A DNA stretch of 60,571 bases, counting the filler, from Nemertoderma westbladi (lineage: Eukaryota; Animalia; Xenacoelomorpha): NCBI GenBank assembly GCA_032718475.1. It is 3 parts of 3 records of this genome, joined end to end, with 100 filler letters (N's around TTAATTAATTAA, not from the genome) between each part and the next. Parts side by side here need not be neighbours in the genome. Positions count along the whole stretch, not along the records: positions 48,611 to 60,571 come from JAUCBJ010000286.1; 2 more parts are not named here. One strand, given 5' to 3'. Numbering within the stretch: the first letter of the stretch is position 1; each line of letters begins with the position of its first letter. The notes under the pieces were generated by a model that did no database searches, was not told the DNA's origin, and saw only the letters and a list, made by a program, of their open reading frames with translations. Of this stretch, positions 49,329-60,500 are shown piece by piece. The translations under genes were made by a program, and so were the position numbers.

Positions 49329-50725
49329 TACTTGGAACTAAACTCGCCAAGTTAGACGAACACAATAAGTTCATACGTTTCGAATGTTTCCGGCGCTTTC
49401 TGACTCCGTTCCGTAACGTCGATAGTCAGTTCAAGGACCGCGCGCTGACCAAACTCAGTCTGAGAGACTCAGCTGCGGAGAAACTGAGTAGCGCTGGATT
49501 TGCCGTTTTTCAAGACGTTTGTATACAGAACCTACATTCATCCGTTATACAAAGACCCCGAATATCTACAGGTTATTCTGTCGTGGAAATACAGACAGTG
49601 GGTCCACTTACGGAAACCGACGCACCCACTTCGTCTATGCAGCTGGAGGATGAACCAGTATGCTTGGAATCAGAAGCGATTCAACCTACGGCTTCCCGGA
49701 GCAGTGACAATGATTATGTCATAGAGTGGTATCAAGGTCCACAGCGTCTCACAGCGTACGATTATCGACACGCCAACTACGTTTCTCGAAAACGTTGTCG
49801 ATTATGCGCATCGAGAGACCACTTCACTCCTCTAGACTCGAGCGTACCTTGTTCCTATTTCCTCGAACAACCAATGATGGAAATATATTGTGCTTATTGC
49901 CGGCTTAATAACTCTCATATATTTGCCGTCTGCCCACAATTTATGACTCAATGTCACTACTGTCAACTTAAAGGACATGAAAGTTACAATTGTCCCTTTA
50001 ATCGCGATTTAGAGAGCGTAGACGAGATGATCACCCTGCGATACATCCGAGCTTGGGAAGCGAACGCAGATTTACATTGCGAATCCCGACATCGCTATTA
50101 CCCTGGACGAGCTTACGAGGGAGTTTACGCGTTCCATCCTTATCTATTCGCGTCGATTGAACAGAAAACACGCGTACCAAGTTACGAGTTAATGAAGCGT
50201 GTTGGTGAGTGTATTTCCACCAAGTTTGTCAGGAAATACCTTAGAAACGTTAACCCTAATGATATAACCACATATCACCTGATCAATTTTATCCGTCAGG
50301 ACCCTGAGTATGGCGACATCTTTGTGAACTCGCATCCTGAACTACAGGAAATATCTCGGCGACCATATGAATATCGAACCCGAGAACGCGAGCTGGAGAG
50401 AACCATTAAACCGAGAAAGTTCCTCACCACTCACGGTCCACCCACCGCTAGTGTCCAGACGACCCGTCAAGGACCCGTAGGAGCTGCTGTCCTGAGACGC
50501 GCTCTAAAGGCCGTTAGACCTCGCTCCACTGAGGTTGATATTAATCAACCAGGTACTTCGACCGGCGGGTATACCGATCGTAACCCTGCACCTTCTGATG
50601 CAATTATATTGCACCCTTCGCCTAGGAGCTATAGCCCTCCTCGTAAAGTGGCTCGCCCCAAAGAGAAAAAGACTCTGGCTAGCTTTAAAAAACTGCGTAA
50701 ACGCCGTCCGCGCAAGAAAGACTAA
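49283..50725 (+). CDS. Multi zinc-knuckle protein with basic C-terminus; overlaps the exonuclease ORF in the -1 frame
   Basis: CRLCASRDH...C, CAYCRLNNSHIFAVC, CHYCQLKGHESYNC; ends KKLRKRRPRKKD. No ATG near the 5' end. Confidence 0.75.
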   Translation: MASRCVQSYHTRSPLILGTKLAKLDEHNKFIRFECFRRFLTPFRNVDSQFKDRALTKLSLRDSAAEKLSSAGFAVFQDVCIQNLHSSVIQRPRISTGYSVVEIQTVGPLTETDAPTSSMQLEDEPVCLESEAIQPTASRSSDNDYVIEWYQGPQRLTAYDYRHANYVSRKRCRLCASRDHFTPLDSSVPCSYFLEQPMMEIYCAYCRLNNSHIFAVCPQFMTQCHYCQLKGHESYNCPFNRDLESVDEMITLRYIRAWEANADLHCESRHRYYPGRAYEGVYAFHPYLFASIEQKTRVPSYELMKRVGECISTKFVRKYLRNVNPNDITTYHLINFIRQDPEYGDIFVNSHPELQEISRRPYEYRTRERELERTIKPRKFLTTHGPPTASVQTTRQGPVGAAVLRRALKAVRPRSTEVDINQPGTSTGGYTDRNPAPSDAIILHPSPRSYSPPRKVARPKEKKTLASFKKLRKRRPRKKD

Positions 50726-50803
50726 CTGTTTAGAGTATTTATGTATATTAGAAATTGTGATTTTGTATATTTTATAGACTTAAATCCCATTTTCTGGGAG
50801 CGG

Positions 50804-51208
50804 TGTAAAAGCTTTTGTGGGATAACTGATTCGTTTGCCTTGTTGGCCAGTTCCCCCCCGGGCGCTGAATACTCTAAAAGGGGATCTATAACTCGAATAG
50901 CGCAAGCTACCGGCTGATTGGCTGATTTGCTGTGCGAAGGAATCTGGGCTACGTTTGATTGTCCAACCAGCTTGGGAAAGTTGCCCCACAGCCCTGTTTC
51001 TGTATCTGCCAATAGGATTTGAGTTGATTTTGATTTCGACCTATCACAGATCTACTGAACTGAATTTTCCTATCTGTATGCTCTTTCTCTGTGGTGGGTG
51101 GAAGCCTTTGTAAATAAGGTTATTCTTATCAGTTTTTAGTGTTTTTTGTGATTCTAAGCCAGGAAGAGAGCGGCTTTGGAATTTTATGCTCTTTCTCTGT
51201 GCCTTACA
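50804..51208 (+). mobile_element. Putative 3' LTR preceded by a purine tract
   Basis: GGGAGCGG|TGTAA....TTACA (5-bp inverted termini), 405 bp, starting ~80 bp after the ORF stop. Partner LTR not in the window. Confidence 0.6.
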
Positions 51209-51269
51209 CTAGTAGGCTTAATTATAAGGGCATATATCCGTTATCAAACGAACAATCCAAAACTGATTG

Positions 51270-52830
51270 ATTGTCACAACTCATGCAACTCAACATACCT
51301 AATCAAACATACCTGTGCATACTTTTATATTGTTATACTGCTATTTACTGTCAGTTCTTCATAATATGGTTGATGAATTATTATATTTGGAATAACGATA
51401 AATAACCCCGAAACCCAATATTCTTGATATACCGAAGGTAAGAGAGAAAGGTTACATATAACGATTGTGACTTATGTTAAAGTGGTTTGAAGTGAATCTA
51501 ATGTTATTTGATAGACCCTACATGAGTCAGTCCGTGTTCCTTTTATATATAACTAAAATCAGTGAAGATCGGCAGATCAGTGTGCAGTATTGTGCAGCAT
51601 TGTGTATGAGTGAGACTGATAACGAAGCATTTCCTAAAGAATGCGCCATATATGTGAATTATAACTAAGCCATATCGTTGTGAGTAGTTTAAGTCATAAC
51701 TCTGTTTATATAGATAGAGCGCCACGTCCTAAAGGAACTGTTAATATTTCCCGAAGGTGAATAATATTGTCAGAGATTATATAATACTGTCAGTCGAATA
51801 ATACATTAAGCTTACATAGCAATAAGATTAAGCCGTCGAACCCAATCTCCCGGGTATATCCAGCGGGTGAATGATCGCGCACAGATTGGTTTCGACTAGT
51901 GTAGTGAATTAAATACTTGTCATAGGCTAAAAGTGATTTATTATCTAGAAGACATCATAATTTGGCGGGTTAAACTGCCAAAGGTCTGAAAGCGCGAACA
52001 CAACATACAAACATAGTAGTTTGGTTCTGTATTGGTTGCATAGCCTATCACCACTGCCCACATTGCACATGTGAAGGTGTCACAGGTGAGAAGGTAGATG
52101 TCTTGTTCGCGGTTTTAGACCTTTAGCAGTTTAACCTGCCAAATTTAGGTGTCTTCTAGGTTATAAATCGACTTTAGCCTATCACAAGTATTTGATACAC
52201 ATAATAAGCTACATTAGCCGAAGCCAGCCTATGCGCGATCATTCACCCACGGTTAAGGGAGACTGGATTCGGATGCTCTGACCTTATTGCGGTGTAGACC
52301 TACTGTATTATTCGATTGATCGTTAATATAATATCTCTGACAAATATTATTCACTTTCGGGAAATATTAACAGTTCCTTTAGGACGTGGCGCTCTAAGTA
52401 TGTAAACAGAGTTATGACTTACACTAAACACAACGGGATGGCTAATGATTTACGTATAAAGCGCATTCTTTAGGAAATGCTTTGTTATCTATCACACTCA
52501 TGCACACTACCGCACAATGCTACACACTGATCTGCCGACCTTCACTAATTTTAATCATATATAAGGAGAACAGCAACTGACACATGTAGGGTCTATGAAA
52601 TAGCATTCAATTCACTCCAAAACCACTATAAGGTAAGTCGCAATTGCTATGTAACCGGTCTCTCTATCTCTAACCTTCAGAATATCAAGAAGATTGGGGT
52701 TTTCTGATTATTTATCGATATTCTCCAAATATAACAACATATCCATCAAATGATAACACTTATAACCGACAGTAAATAGCAGTAAAATAATGCGGTGTTT
52801 GTATGTAATCAGGTTTGCATGAGATATGAC
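51270..52830. repeat. ~1.6-kb imperfect palindrome (foldback-like)
   Basis: Example: AGAGCGCCACGTCCTAAAGGAACTGTTAATATTTCCCGAA at ~51716 and its reverse complement at ~52355-52395. Arms meet around a ~100-bp spacer at 52000-52104. Confidence 0.85.
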
Positions 52831-53984
52831 AGGCTGATAACAGTTATACGTTTCTATGATCAAAGCCGTTCTAATGTTTGGCTAAAGTCTGAAACACAGA
52901 ATAATTCCACAGCCGATGTTCTGGGCTCAGGAAAAAAGGTAAACAAAGACCATAATGCATTGCGCAATTTCCCGGAGGCTTCTGTGCAAATAAAATGAAA
53001 ATCGCTCTGATTGGTCGAGCCGAACAAAGAAAAAGCTCTACGTGGACATATCAGCTGATAGATGTCGTCATCTGAACTACACTGTATCAAGAGTATTTTG
53101 GCGTATTGCGGCATAAAATCGCTAGTTATGTCCGCTAAAGTACACATACAGAAAAATGGCTTTTTATGTCCACTAAAACACCTACACAGTAAGAAAACGG
53201 CTTTTTATGTCCGCTAAAACACCTACAGAGTACTTTGCGGGGAAAATGACTAGCTAGATCCGCAAAAGCTTTTACATGTCTCCTGCGATTGGTCCATGGT
53301 ATGGTCACTGGAAATATCTCCATTGGTAAGTTCAGTGGCTTGGTGGTTTAAGGCATGTGCAAGTAAATTTAAGCAGTAAATTTCTTAATACAGTATAATA
53401 TAAATAGTCTTTAAATTTTAAATAGCAATTAAAATAGTCTGAATTAATAATTTTCAACAGTTTGTATTTTAAATACAAATAATGGCCCATTGCATTTAAG
53501 TCAAATTAAATTCAGTCTGTCATTTAATTACGGTACTTCAATATTTTCCACTACCACACATGTTATGAGAGTTTGTGCGGCTAAAAATACTAAAGTATAT
53601 TTTTGCCTCTTAAATAATTAAATATATATTATTTTATTGCGCAGAACACCATCTCCATACCGAAACCTAACTAACCAAAACAATCAACGATATTATTACA
53701 AATTAATGGAAAGGAGTGCCACACACGTCGCGTCTCTCCTCCACATCTGTGGAACGATACGGGTTACCACTTCCATTAACTAAATAATTAGATAATTAGA
53801 CATAGACGGGTTTAGACAAAGTTGTTGTTAGGAATGTTTTTTTTTTGAACGATTTAAAGCTGGCGTTTATAAACGTGTCCAGATTGGTCTCTACTGCTTG
53901 CGTGGAGCCATTTACAAGTCCGAAAAATTCACCTCAGCAAATTAAATATTTTGCCCCCCCCCCCCCCCCCCCCCCCAACATATG

Positions 53985-54560
53985 CGACATATTTTCCATC
54001 TTTTTTGACAATTTTTATTTCGCAGTGCAACATTATTTCTCAGTCAGTCGCTACGCCATACATTTTACTATCTATTTCCATTATATCCAGTATGTAACCG
54101 CGTCATTACTAGGTTGTTCTAGAAAGTTTGAGTGCATCATAACTACAAATAATTCCTCTCAAATAGATAAAATTAGATTCGCCATTGTTCACAATTAGCA
54201 CATTATAACTATTTAAGTTAAGTGGTGGCAAAAAAGTTGGCTTTTTTTTGTCGAGCGTTATTATTTGGCGAGCGTAACGAAACAAATAGAAAGCAAGACA
54301 AAAAAGTTTACTTTTTGCTCCACTTACGTCGTTTTATTTGTTGTAAGTCTTCTCACTTTTATCTGGGCCTATTTCTGCATAAATATCGTCCATCAAAGCT
54401 TCTTCCATAGTTAAATACGGGCATTACTACACCTTGGGTTCCCATTGTCTTAACAATTTTTTTTTCATGTAAAAAGGCTTTTATCGTGAGGTTTTTTTCT
54501 AGAACAAATATTTGACATTCTGACAGTAGTATGGTATTTTTTTCCAAAAAAAATGTTCTA
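53985..54560 (+). repeat. Dispersed repeat homologous to 10495-10815
   Basis: YVTASLLGCSRKF-encoding block shared in reverse with 10495-10690; GACAGTA/TTCTAGAACAAATATTTGAC block shared with 10720-10815. Confidence 0.7.
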
Positions 54561-55034
54561 CTGTAGAAAAAAATGTGTAAAAAATGGGTCATGGTACAAT
54601 CAAATCAATCCCATAAATCAAATCCATTCGTATTTTGAGTTTTTTCGAATTTGTTTTACAAAGTGATTTGTAGTCACATCTGATTGTTTTTTATTGACAT
54701 AAATATTTGTTAAAGTCATTATTTTGAAACAGAGTGGAATGAGATTAAAATGATGAAAATTAAAAATATTTCAAACATGGGTATATCTTTGGAACCATAT
54801 ATCACCGTTATAACAAAACAGGTTTAGCTCTCAGTATACCAAAATTTTCCAAAACTAATATTCAATAAAATGTGGCAATTTGTTTTTAAAATAATGGTAT
54901 TGTTCTAGAATGGTAGCTATTTTTCTAAAACATGTCAGTTTAATTTAGCAGCATTCCCATGGTAACAATAATTATATTCCAGAATTTTATGTCACATTTA
55001 GAATTGTTAGATCAGTAGCTATCTTTTTCAAAAG

Positions 55035-56515
55035 ATCCGGGGGACCCGATCTCCTCCCGTACGAACTCCTGAAGGCCGCACTCCCATTAACTCTTTACTT
55101 TTGGGTAACACTATTTAATATATGTTTCATTTCAATGCGTATGGTATCCACGTGGACACTTAGTTTGTGTAAAGTACTGTACAAAGGTAAGGGATCTCGC
55201 AACGAACCGGACAATTATCGAGGCATAGCATTGTTGTGCAATGCATACAAGGTTCTAACAGGCCTCGTAGCTCATCGCCTACGCACCGCCTCAGGAAAGC
55301 GTTCGATTCCATTCCAAGATCCAAACTCATCGATAAACTGCAGCGATTATTTGGGCTGAAAGGACGCATGCTGAGGTTTATACAACTTTTACTCTCTACG
55401 AATTATATTTAAGTATTCGATGGGTTGCGGAAGACGAAACCTATAAGTCAGCTGATCGGTCTATTACAAGGAGATACACTGAGTCCTTATCTATTTATAT
55501 TATACTGTATATCGCTGATCTTGTGGACGCACTCAAACGGGCTGCTACTATTTTACTCACGCACTAGAGACGGTCTGCAGGCCGGGCTCGATGCTCTATC
55601 GGAGTGGGCAGCTCTGAACGGACTACAGGTGAATCTTAAGAAAACGGCCGTGATAAAGTTTCGACGGGGTGGACAACTATGTAAAATGGATAAGTTCGAT
55701 TACAATGGGCAACCTGTAGAGATTTGAAATGCATACACTTATTTAGGCGTCACCTTCCAAACAACATTATCATTTTCGAAACACATTTCAAATATCTGCT
55801 GCAAATCTATAATGTCTATACATAGTATCAAAAACCCGCGTTTACTATCCCTGACAACAGCTATTAAATTCTTCAATATCAAGATTCGACCCACGGTAAC
55901 CTATAATTTTCATTTACTTTGGCCGCATTTGAGTACAACAAACCTTCATACAATCGACAGAGTGAAAACGAATTTCCTAAAGAAAACCCTCGGTCTGCAT
56001 AAAAGTTCTCGGAATCGCCTGGTGGTAGCGCTATGCGGAGTAAACACCTTTGTTGAAGACATCGTTCTGCAACTGAGTTTAAACGATACGGATGCCCTCC
56101 GGAAATACCGTACGGATATCACCACAAAGAAGCTGGAAATACCGGTCGAATTCTGGAACAGTCCTGCATTCCAGAACCGGACGTGGACAGAACCATACCA
56201 AACCGGTCGACATGTTACTACCAGGGTATCTATCCACGGATTCCACCATAAAATCTGTGCGATATCGAAATTCCACACCCCTAACCCAGAGAACTGTGTG
56301 TGTATGCTGTGCGGAAACCCAGCCCCACTCTACCACCTACTGAAATGTCAAAAAAACACGAAATCGTTAACTTCATGGGCCACTGATGATAATTAGTCTA
56401 CATTTTAACTCATTTTATATAATTTATTGCTATTTTTTACTCACTATGTTTTAATGTTCATAAATTGTTATTCTACCTATAATGCCAGTACCCCGGCGAA
56501 ATTAAATTGATATAT
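55035..56515 (+). mobile_element. 5'-truncated, deleted LINE (RTEX/RTE-group-like) flanked by a long direct repeat
   Basis: GPD, YKGKG...NYRGIALL, QGDTLSP, YLGV and a C-terminal CxxC..H..C. Flanking direct repeat at 54841-54969 and 56516-56645. Confidence 0.8.
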
Positions 56516-56645
56516 AAAATTTTCCAAAACTAATATTCAATAAAATGTGGCAATTTGTTTTTAAAATAATGGTATTGTTCTAGAATGGTAGCTATTTTTC
56601 TAAAACATGTCAGTTTTAATTTAGCAGCATTCCCATGGTAACAAT

Positions 56646-56983
56646 TGTTAGACTCGGGTTTATACTTTACAGTATCTAGCTTGGCTAGGCCTGATTGGGT
56701 AAAGACTGAAAATAGGGATATCAGTTAATATATATGTTTCAGTGATCTTGTACGTAGTTGTGCAGTCGTGTGTTCTGCAGTAGGTATGATCTACTGTCAG
56801 ACAGTTGATTCAGTATTGTAGGAATATAGGTACGGCAGTTGGGGCTGAACCCTTCGTCTGGTGTCTTTATAACTATAATAAACTGTAATCAAACTTAGCA
56901 ATATAATATCTACCTATTGCACCTTTGTTGTTTATTTATCAATACGCCATTGCAACATTGGGAAACTAACAATGGTAGCAGAG
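56646..56983 (+). mobile_element. 5' LTR plus initiator-tRNA(Met) primer-binding site (Gypsy-like)
   Basis: TGTTAG...CTAACA termini (56646-56971), followed by TGGTAGCAGAG (56973-56983), complementary to the 3' end of animal tRNA-iMet. Confidence 0.8.
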
Positions 56984-57116
56984 CGTCAACCCAAAAATGA
57001 AAATGGTGATCCGTGATACAGACAGATTCATGCATGAGTGGAGAGATACAATAACACAGTAACAGGTTGGAAAAAAAGATCACATCCTTCAGTGATTCAA
57101 GTCATTACTGCATTAG

Positions 57117-57561
57117 TAATAATAATAATAATAATATTGGCTTATTAAGGTGCCCCCTTCTAACATCTGTCATGCAGAGGGCACCGTACACACATTAATT
57201 GTTCTGCACATATTTAAGTAAAAATACAAAAATTACTTATTTTAAAACACACCAATTACAAACTTATGATACACAGGTTAAAAAAAAATACAATATGATA
57301 AAAACGTGATAAAATAATTGTTCACCAATTTGGCCATCATACAACGAATAAAATTCAACTTACTAAATGTTAAAAAAGAAGCCATATGCCGAGATGATGT
57401 TAAAAAATGATTTACGAATTCTAGTTTGTAGAAAATATGCCAAGCTTTTAAAAATTGTTTTGATATTTAAAACATACATACAGTACTAATGTAAAAATGT
57501 GAGTTCTTCATTACCTAAAAAAAAATTTAAAAAATGGTTGATTGTGATAAAAAATGATATT
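57117..57561 (-). mobile_element. 3' UTR and tail of the L2/CR1-group LINE
   Basis: Stem-loop GGTGCCC...GGGCACC (57149-57185) followed on the minus strand by an (ATT)n tail. Confidence 0.7.
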
Positions 57562-60500
57562 CTAAGTATTGAAATGTTCATTAAATAAGTATGTCTTGAG
57601 TCTCGTTTTAAAAATATCTAGAGTTAATCCGGGATCTCGCAGGTTACAGGGCAGTGCGTTCCAAACAGCTGGTGCAGTATAACTAAACGAACGCCGGGCA
57701 AACGTCGTTTTACTTGCGTAAACCCGTAAACAGTTAGTCGATACTGCTCGTGTATTTTGGCGTGTGCGGTTATCAATGCAGGCTTTAATAAGTTCGGATA
57801 AGTATGAAGGTACTGTACCTTTTAGAGCCCGGAACGTCAGCACTGCTACTTTGAAGTTTATTCGCGACTTAATTGGCAGCCAATGTAGTTCCTTCAACAC
57901 TGGAGTAATATGTTGTCTTGCTGGTATTTGTTTTACTATTCTTGCTGCGGCATTTTGAATTAGCTGTAACTTTCTCAGAATCCTGTTAGGCGATCCCATA
58001 TAGAGGCTATTACAATAGTCAAGTTTACTTCCTATCAGTGCTACACTTATTAGTTTCGCTGTATCAACCGTTATCCTTGGTCTAATCCTTTTAAATTCCC
58101 TTAAAAACATATAACATGAAGAAACAACTTTATTTACTTGATGTCTAGCAGTTAAGTGAGAATCAAACTCCACACCTAGGTTTCTTTCATGTTCTGAAGG
58201 GTAAATGACGTCAGTGCCAACTTCCAATCTTATCTCACCCACTTGCTGTAACTTTATTCTGGATCCTATCAATAGTAGTTTAGTTTTTGAAGCATTTATC
58301 TCCAGTTTATTTTTATTCATCCAGGTAAATACTTGTGCAAGGCAGTCCTCTAGTCGAGACATCGGTGATGGCCCCCCCATTTCTATTGCCTGATAAACTT
58401 GAGTATCATCTGAGTACAGGTGGTGCTGCATCCCAAAGGAGCTGATCAATTTCGCCAATGGTGCTGTGTATAAGATAAACAACAATACTCCGAGAATTGA
58501 ACCTTGTGTAACACCCCATAACATCCTTATTATTCTAGAATATTTACCATTTATGAATACTCTGTATGAACGATCACTTAGATATGATTTCAGCCACTTA
58601 AGACACACTCCCTGTATTCCAAAAACAAATTCCAAGCGATATATCAAAATATCAATATCTATGGTGTCAAATGCTGCTGAAAGATCTAACAACACCAAAG
58701 CCGTAACCTGTCCGTTGTCCATATTTATCGCAATATCATTTTGTACCCGAAGGAGAGCCGATTCAGTTGAATGATTTTTTCTGTATGCCGATTGTAAGAG
58801 TGGAAATAGTTTATTGTATATAATATGGTCCCTCATTTGCTTGTCAACTACCTTTTCAATAATTTTTCCTATTATTGCAATATTTCCAACTGGACGAAAA
58901 TTCTTTAATATCTCTTTGTCTAGAGTTGTCTTTTTTATCCCTGGCTTGAGAATGGCTTCTTTAATTGCACTTGGAGTAACTCCCATTCTGAGAGACATGT
59001 TTACTGCTTTTGATATATGTCGAATCATATCGTTACCACACTTCTTAATCATTACCATTGGAACTGGGTCCAATTCACATTGTTTCGAAGGCATTCCATT
59101 TACTATTTGACCTATCTCTGCCTCTGTTACTGGTTGAAATGTTTCCATGATCCTCCCAGAAAAACGCTGATCATTAACATTTGTATTTTTTATAACCGGA
59201 GTAAACCCTTTCCTAATATTTGATATTTTCTCATGAAAGAAATCAGCAAATACATTAGCCAAATCCTCTGGATCCGTACTGAAAGGTAGAATCTCTACCT
59301 TCTGTCTCGATAATATTTCTTTTAGTATTTTCCATTTCCCACTAGGTCCATCAACTGATGTTAATCGATCATAAAAATAGCTATTATGTTTACCTTCGCA
59401 TAATTTCCGATACTCTTGTTGCATTTGTCTCCCTTCCGATTTATATATTAACTTTAATTGTGCATTTCGTTCAGATCGCATTTTTCTTTCCAATCTACGG
59501 ATTTCCTGTTTGAGATCAAGACATTCCTTGTCATACCACGCCGACGAGCTTGCAGTTTTCCATGTGAGGCTCACACGTTTGGATTGTAATGGTGCCAGAG
59601 TATCAGCAATATTAGTCAATTTTGAAAGAAAAGTATCCGTGTAATTATCAACATTTTCCTCATCAACGACATCCATTTGATGCACCATATTTTGAAAAGT
59701 TTGTATATTTACTGCTTTCCAATTCCTAAATTGTACTACCTTTGTTTGTACTTTGTCTACCATCATTTTCAAACTCATAGTAATTAAAAAGTGATCTGAT
59801 ATGAAATTATTTTGTACATTATGCTTAAATAATAGTTGTTTCCGTTCCAACCCATGTTTATACGTTATAATCAGATCTAGCGTATTCCCCAGGATATGAG
59901 TTGGTTCTTTGACATGCTGTTCAAGCCCAAAACCATCCAATAAATCCAAAAATTTCGCTGGTCCTGTCTCAAGTGGTTGATTCAAGTGTATGTTGAAATC
60001 TCCCAATATTAGTAAATCAATTGGAATAGAACAGATATTGCTTAGTAAACTTTCAAACTGATCTATAAATATATTCAATAGACGTGAATCTGGTAAATAT
60101 ACCACTAGCAACAAAAATCGCCCCTTTTTAGAACCAACTTCACCAAGAATATATTCAAAGCATAATTCACCGGAGATAAATACTTCCTTTGGTTTGAAGG
60201 TGAGATTCGGTGTCATTATTAAAGCTATACCACCTCCTCGTTTCTCCTTTCTAGTAGTAGTATATTGTGTAAACCCGTTCGGTGTTAACTCTCTGAGTGG
60301 AGTAGCATTTCCCTTTAGCCAGACTTCAGTCATCACTAGCAGATGTGGTTTCAGTTCACATAACACTTTTTTCATTATCGATACCTTATTGTTTAGAGAA
60401 CGGACATTCTGCATTAATATTTCTAATTTCATTTCTTTGGGAGGTTCATCATTTTGTAGGGGCGCGGTCAACGCAACCGGGGACCGCGTGGGCGTGGTCG

